Assembly: GCA_963781885.1 (NCBI GenBank)
Contig: CAWAHW010000002.1
Span: forward strand, 768,001 to 832,000
Source: an uncultured Spirochaetota bacterium
Lineage (GTDB): Bacteria; Spirochaetota; Spirochaetia; SZUA-6; Fen-1364
Length of the DNA stretch: 64,000 nucleotides
Direction of reading: 5' to 3'
Part shown: piece by piece, positions 1-8,875 of the stretch
Layout: each line of letters starts with the position of its first letter
How positions within the stretch are numbered: the stretch's first letter is position 1
Notes under the pieces: generated by a model
Told to the model about the DNA's origin: nothing
What the model saw: only the letters and a program-made list of their open reading frames with translations
Databases searched by the model: none
Program-made: the position numbers and the translations under genes

Positions 1-60
1 GGCATAGAACGCATCCAGGTCGACGTGGAAGACGACGGGACGGACGGATGGGTCGCTCAC
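1..60 (-). CDS. dinB: DNA polymerase IV (Y-family), N-terminal 20 codons; runs off the window
   Basis: GTG at 60 overlaps the upstream stop and reads MSDPSVRPVVFHVDLDAFYA. HVDLDAFYA is the DinB motif I. Confidence 0.8.
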   Translation of the reverse strand, partial: MSDPSVRPVVFHVDLDAFYA

Positions 61-2271
61 GTCTTCAGGTCCAGGCCGTTGATCACGCGCACGCGCGTCG
101 ACACGCGCAGGTCGGGACGCGTCCCGACGTCCACGCCGATGAGGGGGGAATCGAATTCCGCGGAAACGGAGAGCGTGAACTCGCCGCCCACGGGCAGCGT
201 CAGCTGGAGCGCGAGCGGGTCCGGGGCAAAGGCTCCGACTTGCAGCCGGTATTCCCGGGGGCTCACCCGCACGGCGGGAAAGGAGCTGTCGTACAGGATG
301 AAATCGCTCAGGGAGGTGAGGGTGACCTCAAAGAGCCTTGGTCGGAGGGGCATGCGCACGTCGAGCGTCACCGTCCGCTCCCCCAGGAACTGTCCCGAGG
401 TGACGCTCACCTGGACCGGGGAGGCCGCAAGAGGCAGGGCGAGCGTTGCGCGGTTCGCATTCGACGGCACAGCAAGCCCTCCGTCCCCGTCGCTCACGGA
501 AAGCTTCCCAAGCGGCGCGGCGCTTGCAAGAGAGAGATAGGTGGAGGTCGTGCGGCCCTGCGTGTCGACCACCAGCGTCTGGGTCGCCGTCACCTGCTGG
601 GGGTGGGCCGGGGAAAACGGAGCGAAGGTCAGGAGATGCACGGCAAGCGCCGCCCCCGCGGCGAGGAAGACGCCCGCGATGACCAGCTCCCTTCTGCCGC
701 GGCGGAGGATGCCCCTGCCCCGAAAGAGGAGCCCGACGCGCAGAAAGGCGAGCACGATGGGGAGGCATGCCCCCGCGACCAGGAGATTGCCCCACAGGGG
801 GGAGAGCATCAGAAAACGGCAGAAGGGGAGCGCCGGTGCGAGGAAGACGGAGATCACCCCTTTCACGCCCCAGAACGGCGCGGGAAGGATGAAGAGCGTC
901 TTCACCCATCGGTTGCGCATGAGGGTGGAGAGAAAGACGAAGAGGAAGGCCCAGAGGAAATAGAACGTGAAGGAGATGTCGAAGACCGCCACCACGACGA
1001 CGTTGACGAGCAGCACGAAAAGGGCGGCGGCGGCATAGAAGCTTCCGCTGCGCGCGATGCGCAGCCGCCGGAGCGGGATGTACAGGATGGCGGCGAGAAA
1101 GGCCGCCGTGCAGATTTTCAGCGCGAGGAAGGGAAGCGGCACGAGCGTCCACAGGTCGGGGAAGCCCCGCAGGGAGAGCACGCCCTCCAGGACGTAGGTT
1201 CCCGCCGCGAGGAACGCGAACGGGAAGGCGACGGCCGGCACCAGCACGAGGATGTGGCGGACCAGGGTTCGCGTGTACTTTTTCAAGCCCCTTCGGAAAA
1301 GCTGTGCGTAGAGAAGGACAACGGCAAAGACGGCGCAGATCAGAAGCACGTACTCCTGCTCCCCGATGATGACGGAGAAGCCGCCCACCTGGGCCTCGAG
1401 GTAGTGCAGGTCCCAATCCTCGGGGATGCCGGAGACGCCGTCCCGCACCAGCGCCCGCAGGAAAGAGGCGAGCGTTGCAAGCCTCTGGTCCGCCGGGCAG
1501 GGTGTCGGTCCCGCCGTATTCGCCCTCGATGCCCACCGACGGATAGCCCGCTTTCAGCCAGGGCTCGATGAGGGTCCTTTCATCGGTGGCGCCGATGCGG
1601 AAGATCTGCGTTTCCTCGCCGGGCAGAAGGAAGGGGACACGCGCCTCCCGCAGCGCATCCACCGACCTGTTCATCAGCCAGTACGGGCTCACGATGCCTC
1701 TCCCGCCTCCCCTCACGATGACCCGGGAAGGCACGGCGTGGAGATTCAGGTAGACCACCGCCGCCCGGTAGTTGGGCTGGAAGTCGCGCAGGAACAGGTT
1801 GCTCCCCATCGGGTATGCGTCCGTGTCCCCGTATTCGGCTCCCAGGAAGAGCACGGTGACGCCCGTCGGCGGCGTGCTGCCCTGGAGGCTCTCGATGAGG
1901 TTCACGGCGATCGCCACGGCCACGGACCCGTCGGCAGCGGCATCGGCGTCGGGCGGCGCGTCCAACGGCACCGCCACGATCAGGGTGTCGCGCGAAGCGC
2001 CGGGCAGGTCGACCCGGAGGCACGTGGAGAAGGAATGCCCGGCTTCCGCCTGGCTGAAGTCGAACCGGGCGGACGTGATGCCCCGGGCGCCGAGGCTCTG
2101 CTCGATCCACGCGAGCAGGGCACGCTCCGCCATCGAGCCTTCCTGCCGCGGGGCAAACGCGGCAACGGCGCGCAGCGTGTCTTCCAGGGAGGCGGCAGGC
2201 GCCGTCGCGGTCGCCTCGGCGTGGAGGGGAGCCGCGGCGAGCAGGCACGCGAGCAGGAGCGCCACGATCAT
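57..2271 (-). CDS. Membrane protein with an N-terminal M28-peptidase-like domain and multiple TM helices; one frameshift near 1480
   Basis: ORF 328..2271 gives a signal peptide and peptidase-like segments (DGSVAVAIA, VLFLGAE, YLNL). ORF 57..1448 gives the hydrophobic C-terminal half. Confidence 0.6.
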
Positions 2272-2367
2272 GGTGGGCCCAGCATAGGAGAAGCCCTGCC
2301 GGCCGTCAATCGCGGCGGCCGAATCTTGAATTGCGCAGGTGATTTCATTACTCTCTTGATCGAAGCC

Positions 2368-2877
2368 ATGGAAGTCATGCCGGAGATCGTCCAGCGCCGC
2401 AGTGTGCGATCGTTCACCTCCCAGCCTGTCGAAAAGGAACAGATAGAGCGCATCATCGAAGCCGGTCGGCTCGCCCCGTCCGCCAAGAACAGGCAGGAAT
2501 GGCGCTTCATCTACATCCAGAAGAAAGAGACCCGGCAGAAGATGATGGAGGCCGCATTCAGCCAGGATTACGTGGGCCAGGCCCCCCTCATCATTGCCGT
2601 GTGCACGACGAATATCGACTACCGCATGCCCAACGGCCAGGCGTCATACCCCATCGATCTTGCTTTTGCCGCTTCCCATATGGTGCTGCAGGCCGTCCAC
2701 GAGGGACTGGGGACCTGCTGCATCACGACCTTCGACGAGCAGGAGGTGCGGGAGGTGCTCACCGCCCCCTTCTCCATGCGCATCGTGCTGCTCATCCTCG
2801 TCGGCTACGCGAATGAAGTGCCCGAACCGACGCCGCGGAAATCGCTGAAGCTCATCTCCGGAAAGGACCACTGGTAG
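2368..2877 (+). CDS. Nitroreductase family protein
   Basis: RRSVRSF, APSAKNRQEW and GLGTC motifs. The start is placed at MEVMPEI within ORF 1426..2877. Confidence 0.9.
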   Translation: MEVMPEIVQRRSVRSFTSQPVEKEQIERIIEAGRLAPSAKNRQEWRFIYIQKKETRQKMMEAAFSQDYVGQAPLIIAVCTTNIDYRMPNGQASYPIDLAFAASHMVLQAVHEGLGTCCITTFDEQEVREVLTAPFSMRIVLLILVGYANEVPEPTPRKSLKLISGKDHW

Positions 2878-2938
2878 GGGGCGGCGCGCCGACCGCGTGC
2901 CTTTCACCGCGCTCCGCCAGCGAAACAATGCATCGACG

Positions 2939-3280
2939 CTAGACCCCGTTGCCGCTGTAGTACGCCACGAGCTTCTCGAATGATGAAAGCGCGGCCGGGT
3001 CATCGAATTGCTCGATCTGGGCGCCCAGGGCAAACCAGATTGCATCCTGCTTCAGCCAACGCACCCGCAGCGTGATCGGAAAGGGCGTGATGCTCGGATC
3101 GTGCTCCGCGATCACGCGCAGCGTGATGACGTCTCCGACGGCGGCGGGCACCGGTTGCATGAAAGCCACCTGGCAGCCGGTCCGGCTCAGGTCCCGGATG
3201 TAGCCGGGGGCGGGAGGCGTGAGCAGTATCGCCTTGGCGTAGCTGGAGACGCGGGGGTCTTTGCGCTGCTCAGTTCCCAT
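2939..3280 (-). CDS. Stand-alone PilZ domain protein (c-di-GMP receptor)
   Basis: RKDPR (RxxxR) and DLSRTG (DxSxxG) motifs. Confidence 0.85.
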   Translation of the reverse strand: MGTEQRKDPRVSSYAKAILLTPPAPGYIRDLSRTGCQVAFMQPVPAAVGDVITLRVIAEHDPSITPFPITLRVRWLKQDAIWFALGAQIEQFDDPAALSSFEKLVAYYSGNGV

Positions 3281-3872
3281 TGCCTGCCTCCGCCGCGCTT
3301 GCTCCGCGCGTGTCCCCGGCCGTGCTCACGGCGAGCGTGATGAGCGTCCCGGCCGTCTTGCCCGGATGGAAGCTCATGGGCCGATCCCGCTCGTCCAGGA
3401 AAACGAGTCGGAACTCGTCGAATGTCTTCCGCGCGACATAGATCCCCATTCCGAAGCGCTTGTACTCGTGCTGCTTCTGGTAGGCATCGAAGGACGCGGA
3501 GTGAAGGTCGAGCGTCCGCGGGTCGGTTGACAGGTCGTAGGGCAGATTCTTCGTGTCGAAGCCGCCGCCGAAGTCCCGCACGGAGACCATGAACCGGCCG
3601 TCGAGCGCGCTCAGGTCGATCCAGATGTCGCGCGATTCCCCTTTTTCCCGGTGGGCGCGGATGGAATTGTTGAGGAGCTCCAGGATGGCGAACCGGATGT
3701 GCTCGGTGCTCACCCGTGACGGGGGGATGACGATGGCGTCGAGGATGCGGATGACCTCACGGAAGTCCGCATGGGGGTCGATGGACAGACGAATGGTCCT
3801 GCTCTGCAGACCGTTCATCTTGAGTGCGGGCGCGGGTTCCATGTCGTCCGTCTCTTTTCCTCTCTCCGACAT
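3270..3872 (-). CDS. ATP-binding protein, RsbW/anti-sigma-like HATPase_c
   Basis: ELLNNSIRAH (N box), VRDFGGGFD (G1), FGMGIY (G2). Confidence 0.75.
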   Translation of the reverse strand: MSERGKETDDMEPAPALKMNGLQSRTIRLSIDPHADFREVIRILDAIVIPPSRVSTEHIRFAILELLNNSIRAHREKGESRDIWIDLSALDGRFMVSVRDFGGGFDTKNLPYDLSTDPRTLDLHSASFDAYQKQHEYKRFGMGIYVARKTFDEFRLVFLDERDRPMSFHPGKTAGTLITLAVSTAGDTRGASAAEAGNGN

Positions 3873-3889
3873 TCGTGGATACTGCGGGA

Positions 3890-6800
3890 ATGGTATATGT
3901 TATCGCGGAGTTGCGCAATTACCGGCAGCTCGTGCGCCTGAGGGCGAAAGACCTCGCGAGCCTGGAGGGGTCGCTCCTTGCCGCCCTTGACACGCACCTC
4001 GCCCGGCCCGCGGCCGCGGGTCCAGGCGTCTGGACGGCCGCGGTGGGGCAGGAAGCCGAGATGGACCCTGCGTCCGCCGCCCTCGGCGCGGCCCGGATAC
4101 GCGACCTTCTTCTTTCCCTCCGCGGGCAGCTCTTCGGCTTCGCGGTGCTGATCGCGGCCCTTGATGCCGATACACCCCCTTCCTCGGCCCTCCGCGGTCT
4201 GCTCGACGCGGCGGAGGAGGACGAGCAGCTCTGGATCGCGCGCGGGTGCGCGGAGCTTTTCGCGGATGCACTCGCCTGGGAGGCCGGCGGCGCCGTCTGC
4301 AAGGTGACGGGTCTGCGCCGGCCGGCGCCGCGCGAGGAGACGCAGCCGGACGCGCCGCGGCCCTGGGTGCGGGAGGCGCTGGTGGACCGCGCGCTTGACC
4401 TCATGAGCGGCAGGATCAACAGCGGCGAATCGCACGACGTCCTCTGGGTGCGGGGACCTCGCGGCGTGGGAACGACGGACCTCGTAGGGGAGATCGCCGC
4501 GCGGCTGCAACGCGACCCCGACACGCCGTGGCTGCGCATGCGCACGATATTCAAGAGGCGCTCGCCCCTGCATCCCTTCCTGCCGACGCTTCTCCCCGGT
4601 CTCATCGACGCCGTGCCGGATTCGCTGCGCGGTCCCGAGAGGGAGGTCTGGTCCGACGTCGGGGGGCTGCTCGCCTGGCTGCAGGACCCTGCCGGCCGGG
4701 AATCCCGGGGCGTGATACGGCCGCTACCCGATCACATCCTGGAGGACTTCTGTCTCGGTTACAGGCTGTACCTCCTGGCCTGGATACGCGCGGCGGAAAG
4801 GACCCTGGCTCCCGCGATCTTCGTCTGTGAAGGCATCGACGCGTATCATCCGGCCGCCCGCAGGATCGTGGGCCAGCTCATCGACGAGCTGCTTGCGCGC
4901 CCGGGTTTCCTTCCCGTCGTGACCACGTCTTCCGTGCGGGCCCCCGACGAGATCGCCGGGCTCTCCCTCGTGCCTTTCCACGTGCATCCGCTGGGCAAGC
5001 GCGAGATACGGTCCCTTGCGCGGCATGTCTTTCCGGGTCTTGCGGTTCCCGCCTCTCTCGCGCGGATCCTCCATCATCGATCCGGCGGGCTTTCCGTTTC
5101 CGTCGTCTCCTACCTCCACTACCTTGCAAAGACCGGGCGCATTGTCGCCCGCGGCGACGGCTTCGCCTGGGTGCAGGACGCGCAGGAGACGCTCGTCATC
5201 CCCGCCAACCCCCTCTCGGTGTCCTGGTTCCTCATCCGGGACCTGCGTTCGGACACCTTTCTCTTTCTCTACGCCCTCTACCTTGCGGCCGGTCTGCTCG
5301 ACCGGCACGGCTTCCAGGACTTCCTGGCCGAGGCGGGCTTCGACGCGGCGACGATTTCCCGGTCCTTTTCCGATCTGGCAGCCTCCGGTCTCATGGCCGA
5401 CGAGCCCGAGCTCATCCCGCTTTTCCCCGCCCTGCGCCGCAAGCTGGAAGAGCTGCTGGGGAGGGAAGGCGTGAGCCTGCGCGAGCGTTTCATCGCCCAC
5501 ATGTTCGCGCTCTGGACCGGCGGACGTTACCGTCACCCCGTGCTCCTCTTCACGTTTCTCGCGCGCAACGGGAGGACCGACCTTGCGCTGCGGATCCTGC
5601 CCGACATCATCCGCCGCAAGCTCGACGAGTGCGATCCCGCCGGCGCCGTTGTCTTCTGCGACCTGCGCTCGCTCGACTTCGCGGTGCCGCCCACCCCGGA
5701 GCAGGCGCGCGAGCTCGCCGCCGTCGTGGCGCTGGGACGCCTGCGCGCCGCGCTGATGCGCCAGGATGCACCCGCTGCCGAGGCGGCGCAGGCCGAGGCC
5801 CGCAAGTGGGCTTCCACCGATGCGCCGGTCCCCCTGCGCGGGGAGGTGGGCGTCGAGCGGGCGAAATATTTTCTCTCCACCGGCAACTCCGGCGCCGCGC
5901 TGGAAGAATTGAAGAAGGGCCTTCTCCTGAGCCAGGAGTCGCGGAGCGACGCGGCGGACTCCGCGGGGGCGGAGAAGGGCGATCGGCCGTTCTATCTCTG
6001 GCTGGGTGCCACGATGCTCGCCGAGGGACGGCTGGGCGAAGCGGTGGAATACCTCGGGATGTCACAGAGATTGTGCCAGGAGGCCGACGACGCCCCGGGG
6101 CTGCTCTGGACCCTCGTGTACCTGGCGGACAGCTGCTTCATCGCGGGACGCTACACCCAGTGCTTCACCGTACTCGAGCAGGGATTGCGCAAGGCGCACG
6201 CCCTCTACCGCCGCGAGGTGGAGCTCTTCCTGGAGTTCCTGCGCGCGCGCGTGCTCTTCCAGGTCGGCTCCTATGAAGAGTGCTCGCTGTGCCTCCAGGC
6301 CTGTCTCTGCCTCGCCACCCTGTACGGCCGCGACGATGCGCTTCCCGTCCTGCGCGCGTGGCTGGGACGCACGCTTCTGCACCAGGGTGAGTCGGCGTCC
6401 GGCACGCGTCTCCTGGAGAGCCTTTCGCGGCAGACGAAAGAGGTCCTCCTTTTCCAGGCGGAGGGCTGCCTTTTCTCCGGCAACCTCGAAAATGCCTCCC
6501 TCTATGTCGAGCGCGGGCTCGGGCTTTCCGCGGCATCGCGCTTTCCGGCGCCGGAGGGCGTCCACTGGCAGGATGGCTTTGCCTGCGCGGAAGGCCGCTG
6601 CTTCCGTCTCAGCAGGGGGGACGCGTACCTGCGGCGCACCCTGGGCGGGCTTCGCGCCTATCTTCTCGGTCTGCGCGGTTTTCGCGAGGAGGCGATACGC
6701 GAGCTGCGGCAGCTCACCCGCGGTGAGAAGGCCGTGGAGGAGGATCCCGGCGTTTTCGTCCTGAACTACCTCTACTCGCAGGTCCTGCCCGAGGCCGGCG

Positions 6801-6964
6801 CGGACGAGGTGGACGACAAGGTCACCGTCCTCAGCAAGAGCCTGAAGAGCCTCCAGGAACGCGCTTCGCGCATCGACGCCCCAGCCGAACGAAGCTCCTT
6901 TCTCTGGCGCAATCGATGGAACCGCATGATCATGGACGAGGCGCGCGAAAGAAAGCTCGTGTGA
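3890..6964 (+). CDS. Large protein with a degenerate P-loop NTPase region and C-terminal TPR-like repeats
   Basis: Long ORF with GPRGVGTT (degenerate Walker A), FVCEGID (Walker-B-like) and TPR-like helices. The start is placed at MVYVIAEL. Confidence 0.65.
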   Translation: MVYVIAELRNYRQLVRLRAKDLASLEGSLLAALDTHLARPAAAGPGVWTAAVGQEAEMDPASAALGAARIRDLLLSLRGQLFGFAVLIAALDADTPPSSALRGLLDAAEEDEQLWIARGCAELFADALAWEAGGAVCKVTGLRRPAPREETQPDAPRPWVREALVDRALDLMSGRINSGESHDVLWVRGPRGVGTTDLVGEIAARLQRDPDTPWLRMRTIFKRRSPLHPFLPTLLPGLIDAVPDSLRGPEREVWSDVGGLLAWLQDPAGRESRGVIRPLPDHILEDFCLGYRLYLLAWIRAAERTLAPAIFVCEGIDAYHPAARRIVGQLIDELLARPGFLPVVTTSSVRAPDEIAGLSLVPFHVHPLGKREIRSLARHVFPGLAVPASLARILHHRSGGLSVSVVSYLHYLAKTGRIVARGDGFAWVQDAQETLVIPANPLSVSWFLIRDLRSDTFLFLYALYLAAGLLDRHGFQDFLAEAGFDAATISRSFSDLAASGLMADEPELIPLFPALRRKLEELLGREGVSLRERFIAHMFALWTGGRYRHPVLLFTFLARNGRTDLALRILPDIIRRKLDECDPAGAVVFCDLRSLDFAVPPTPEQARELAAVVALGRLRAALMRQDAPAAEAAQAEARKWASTDAPVPLRGEVGVERAKYFLSTGNSGAALEELKKGLLLSQESRSDAADSAGAEKGDRPFYLWLGATMLAEGRLGEAVEYLGMSQRLCQEADDAPGLLWTLVYLADSCFIAGRYTQCFTVLEQGLRKAHALYRREVELFLEFLRARVLFQVGSYEECSLCLQACLCLATLYGRDDALPVLRAWLGRTLLHQGESASGTRLLESLSRQTKEVLLFQAEGCLFSGNLENASLYVERGLGLSAASRFPAPEGVHWQDGFACAEGRCFRLSRGDAYLRRTLGGLRAYLLGLRGFREEAIRELRQLTRGEKAVEEDPGVFVLNYLYSQVLPEAGADEVDDKVTVLSKSLKSLQERASRIDAPAERSSFLWRNRWNRMIMDEARERKLV

Positions 6965-7058
6965 CACGTTTTTCCGTCCGTGGGGTTACAGCCATCGTGA
7001 TGGCGCCCCTCACTCTTGACTCGCGTGGCGAAAATCGGGACTTTCTTCTGGAAAGCCA

Positions 7059-7856
7059 ATGATGCGTTTCCGTCTTTCTTTTCCCGCGGCTCTCGTGAGG
7101 CCCGACAGGACCTTTGCGAGCCGCGAGATCTACGCGATACCAAAAGTCATCCTCGTTCTCTCCCTCTTTGTCCTCTACATTGCCGGTGAGCGTCTCGTCC
7201 AGGGCTACTACCAGAACGAGCATGCAAAGACCCTGGCGCTCCTGGAGGTGGATTCCCGCATGGGCGGCTTTCTCCAGAACGCCCCCGCCCAGGTGCAGCG
7301 GCAGGCGCGCGACCAGATGCTGGACTCGATACTCGGCCGCCGCAGCGCGATGATGACGGCGTTCGGCATCGTTTCCGCCGGCGTGAGCTTTCTTCTCGTG
7401 CTCCTTGAGTCGTGGATCGTGAGCGCGGTGGCGTGCCAGTTCTTCGGCGGTCAGGAGGAGAAGACGGGCAGGGGACGCCCATCTGCCACGCTTTTCGTGG
7501 TGGCATGGTTTCCCCTGGCGCTGCGAAGGCTCCTGGCGGGCGTCATCATGGCGGCCCGCAGCCCCGATGCCGCCTCCAATGCGCTGACGCTTGCGGACTA
7601 TCGGAAGCTGAGCGCCGTCCGCTTCGACCTGTACTCCCTCCTCCATCTGCCGAACGTGGGGCCATTCCTCACGGCGGTGGCGACCATGGCGACCGATCCC
7701 TTTCTCCTCTGGACGCTCGCGATCCTCTGGTTCGGAGGCAGGGAGGTCTACCATATGCCGCTGCGGAGCGCGGTGATGCTCACCGCGGTTCTCGTCGTTC
7801 TCCTGGGGCTGCAGAGCGCGCTTCTGGGGCGCATCGGTGTTCAGTGGGAGCTGTAA
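7059..7856 (+). CDS. YIP1-family membrane protein
   Basis: About five TM segments with LVRPDRTF and DPFLLW patterns, lying upstream of a TolC/MacAB-type operon. Confidence 0.65.
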   Translation: MMRFRLSFPAALVRPDRTFASREIYAIPKVILVLSLFVLYIAGERLVQGYYQNEHAKTLALLEVDSRMGGFLQNAPAQVQRQARDQMLDSILGRRSAMMTAFGIVSAGVSFLLVLLESWIVSAVACQFFGGQEEKTGRGRPSATLFVVAWFPLALRRLLAGVIMAARSPDAASNALTLADYRKLSAVRFDLYSLLHLPNVGPFLTAVATMATDPFLLWTLAILWFGGREVYHMPLRSAVMLTAVLVVLLGLQSALLGRIGVQWEL

Positions 7857-7998
7857 TGATGAAACCAGCGACTCTCAGTATGGTGACTGAATGATGCAGT
7901 TCTCATTTTGTCCCATGATAAATGACCGCTTTCTATGTGTGTCGTACACGTTCCAAACCCAAGAAGGCCCAAAATGAGACAAGCCGCATCGAGCATGG

Positions 7999-8580
7999 TT
8001 GCAGGCTCTTGAGTTGGAGGATCCGCTGGAGCAGTTGACTCTCACCGAGTACCGCTGCCAAGTCGACGAGCTGGAGGAGAAGTGTCGGCGGATCAAGGCG
8101 GGCATCGAAGAGATCGCGGCACGTAAAAGCTATGCCGAACCTGTAGCCAAGCTGAAGGCGTTCAAGGGCGTGGAGACGCTGATCGCCTTGTCGCTTGTTT
8201 CGGAGATCGGGGACTTTCGGCGCTTTGCAGGTGCGGATCAATTCATGGCGTTTTTGGGGTTGGTGCCCTCCGAGCGATCCAGCGGAAACAAGAGGCGCTT
8301 GGGAGGAATCACAAAGGCGGGTAATTCCCACCTGCGCAAACTTCTGGTGGAGGCCGCCTGGCAATACCGCAGCTACCATCCCAGTAGCACTCGGTTGATG
8401 AAACGACGCGAGGGTCTTTCTCCATCCTTGGTCAGCTATGCCAACCGTGCGTGCAGGCGGCTAAACAAGAAATTTCTGCGTCTGCTTTTTCGCGGCAAAG
8501 CTTCTCAGACCGTGGTGACGGCGGTGGCGCGAGAGCTCTCGGGGTTCCTGTGGGGCGCGATGGTTGATCGGGTGGCTTGA
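7999..8580 (+). pseudogene. IS110 transposase, C-terminal (Tnp20) half only
   Basis: Matches the last 193 aa of ORF 46273..47466, including GLVPSERSSG and GNSHLR. The DEDD domain is absent. Confidence 0.92.
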
Positions 8581-8847
8581 GGAGGCTGCGTATGCAATCG
8601 AGGCAACCGGGACGGATGGGGAAGGTTCGTGGCGAACGGAGAATCCTCGAGCGGTTCTGCAGGCAGACTATGGTCTGATCCTGGTAATGAGACGGAGGCA
8701 AGCTCCTGACGATCACATTGGCCTGCGGTAACCAATCCACGCATATCAGACTGGTCGATCGTCGGTTATGCCCTTCTCCATCTCTTCGGGTTGGCCTCGA
8801 TGTTCAGAAGGAGTTCTAAAGAAAAAAGGAGGCTTTTAGAGCTTGAC
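8581..8847 (+). ncRNA. Putative bridge/seek RNA in the IS right-end non-coding region (copy A); exact ends unknown
   Basis: Two stem-flanked internal loops (8644-8698, 8706-8765) carry segments matching the target (AGCGGTTCT, AATGAGA) and the donor junction (ATTG, CATATCAGAC). Confidence 0.75.
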
Positions 8848-8875
8848 GGGGGCACATCATATCAGAACTGCTGTG

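Larger units (their letters stand above)
7980..8866 (+). mobile_element. IS110/IS1111-type element, internally deleted copy (597 bp missing)
   Basis: 7983-8866 matches the reverse complement of 45987-46870. Only CAA of the left end remains. Flanked by AGA cores at 7977-7979 and 8864-8866. Confidence 0.92.
7866..8873 (+). mobile_element. MITE copy A (121 bp), interrupted by a truncated IS110 element
   Basis: Ends CAGCGACTCTCA and AGAACTGCTG. Perfect 9-bp direct repeat TGATGAAAC at 7857-7865 and 8874-8882. Homologous to 31560-31680 and 47471-47582. Confidence 0.9.

Noticed and set aside
7866-7979. MITE copies as integron attC sites or as a small peptide gene (MMQFSFCP...)
   Set aside because: No RYYYAAC/GTTRRRY ends and no integrase. 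The reading frame is not kept between copies (59 vs 61 bp cores), and 9-bp duplications point to transposition.
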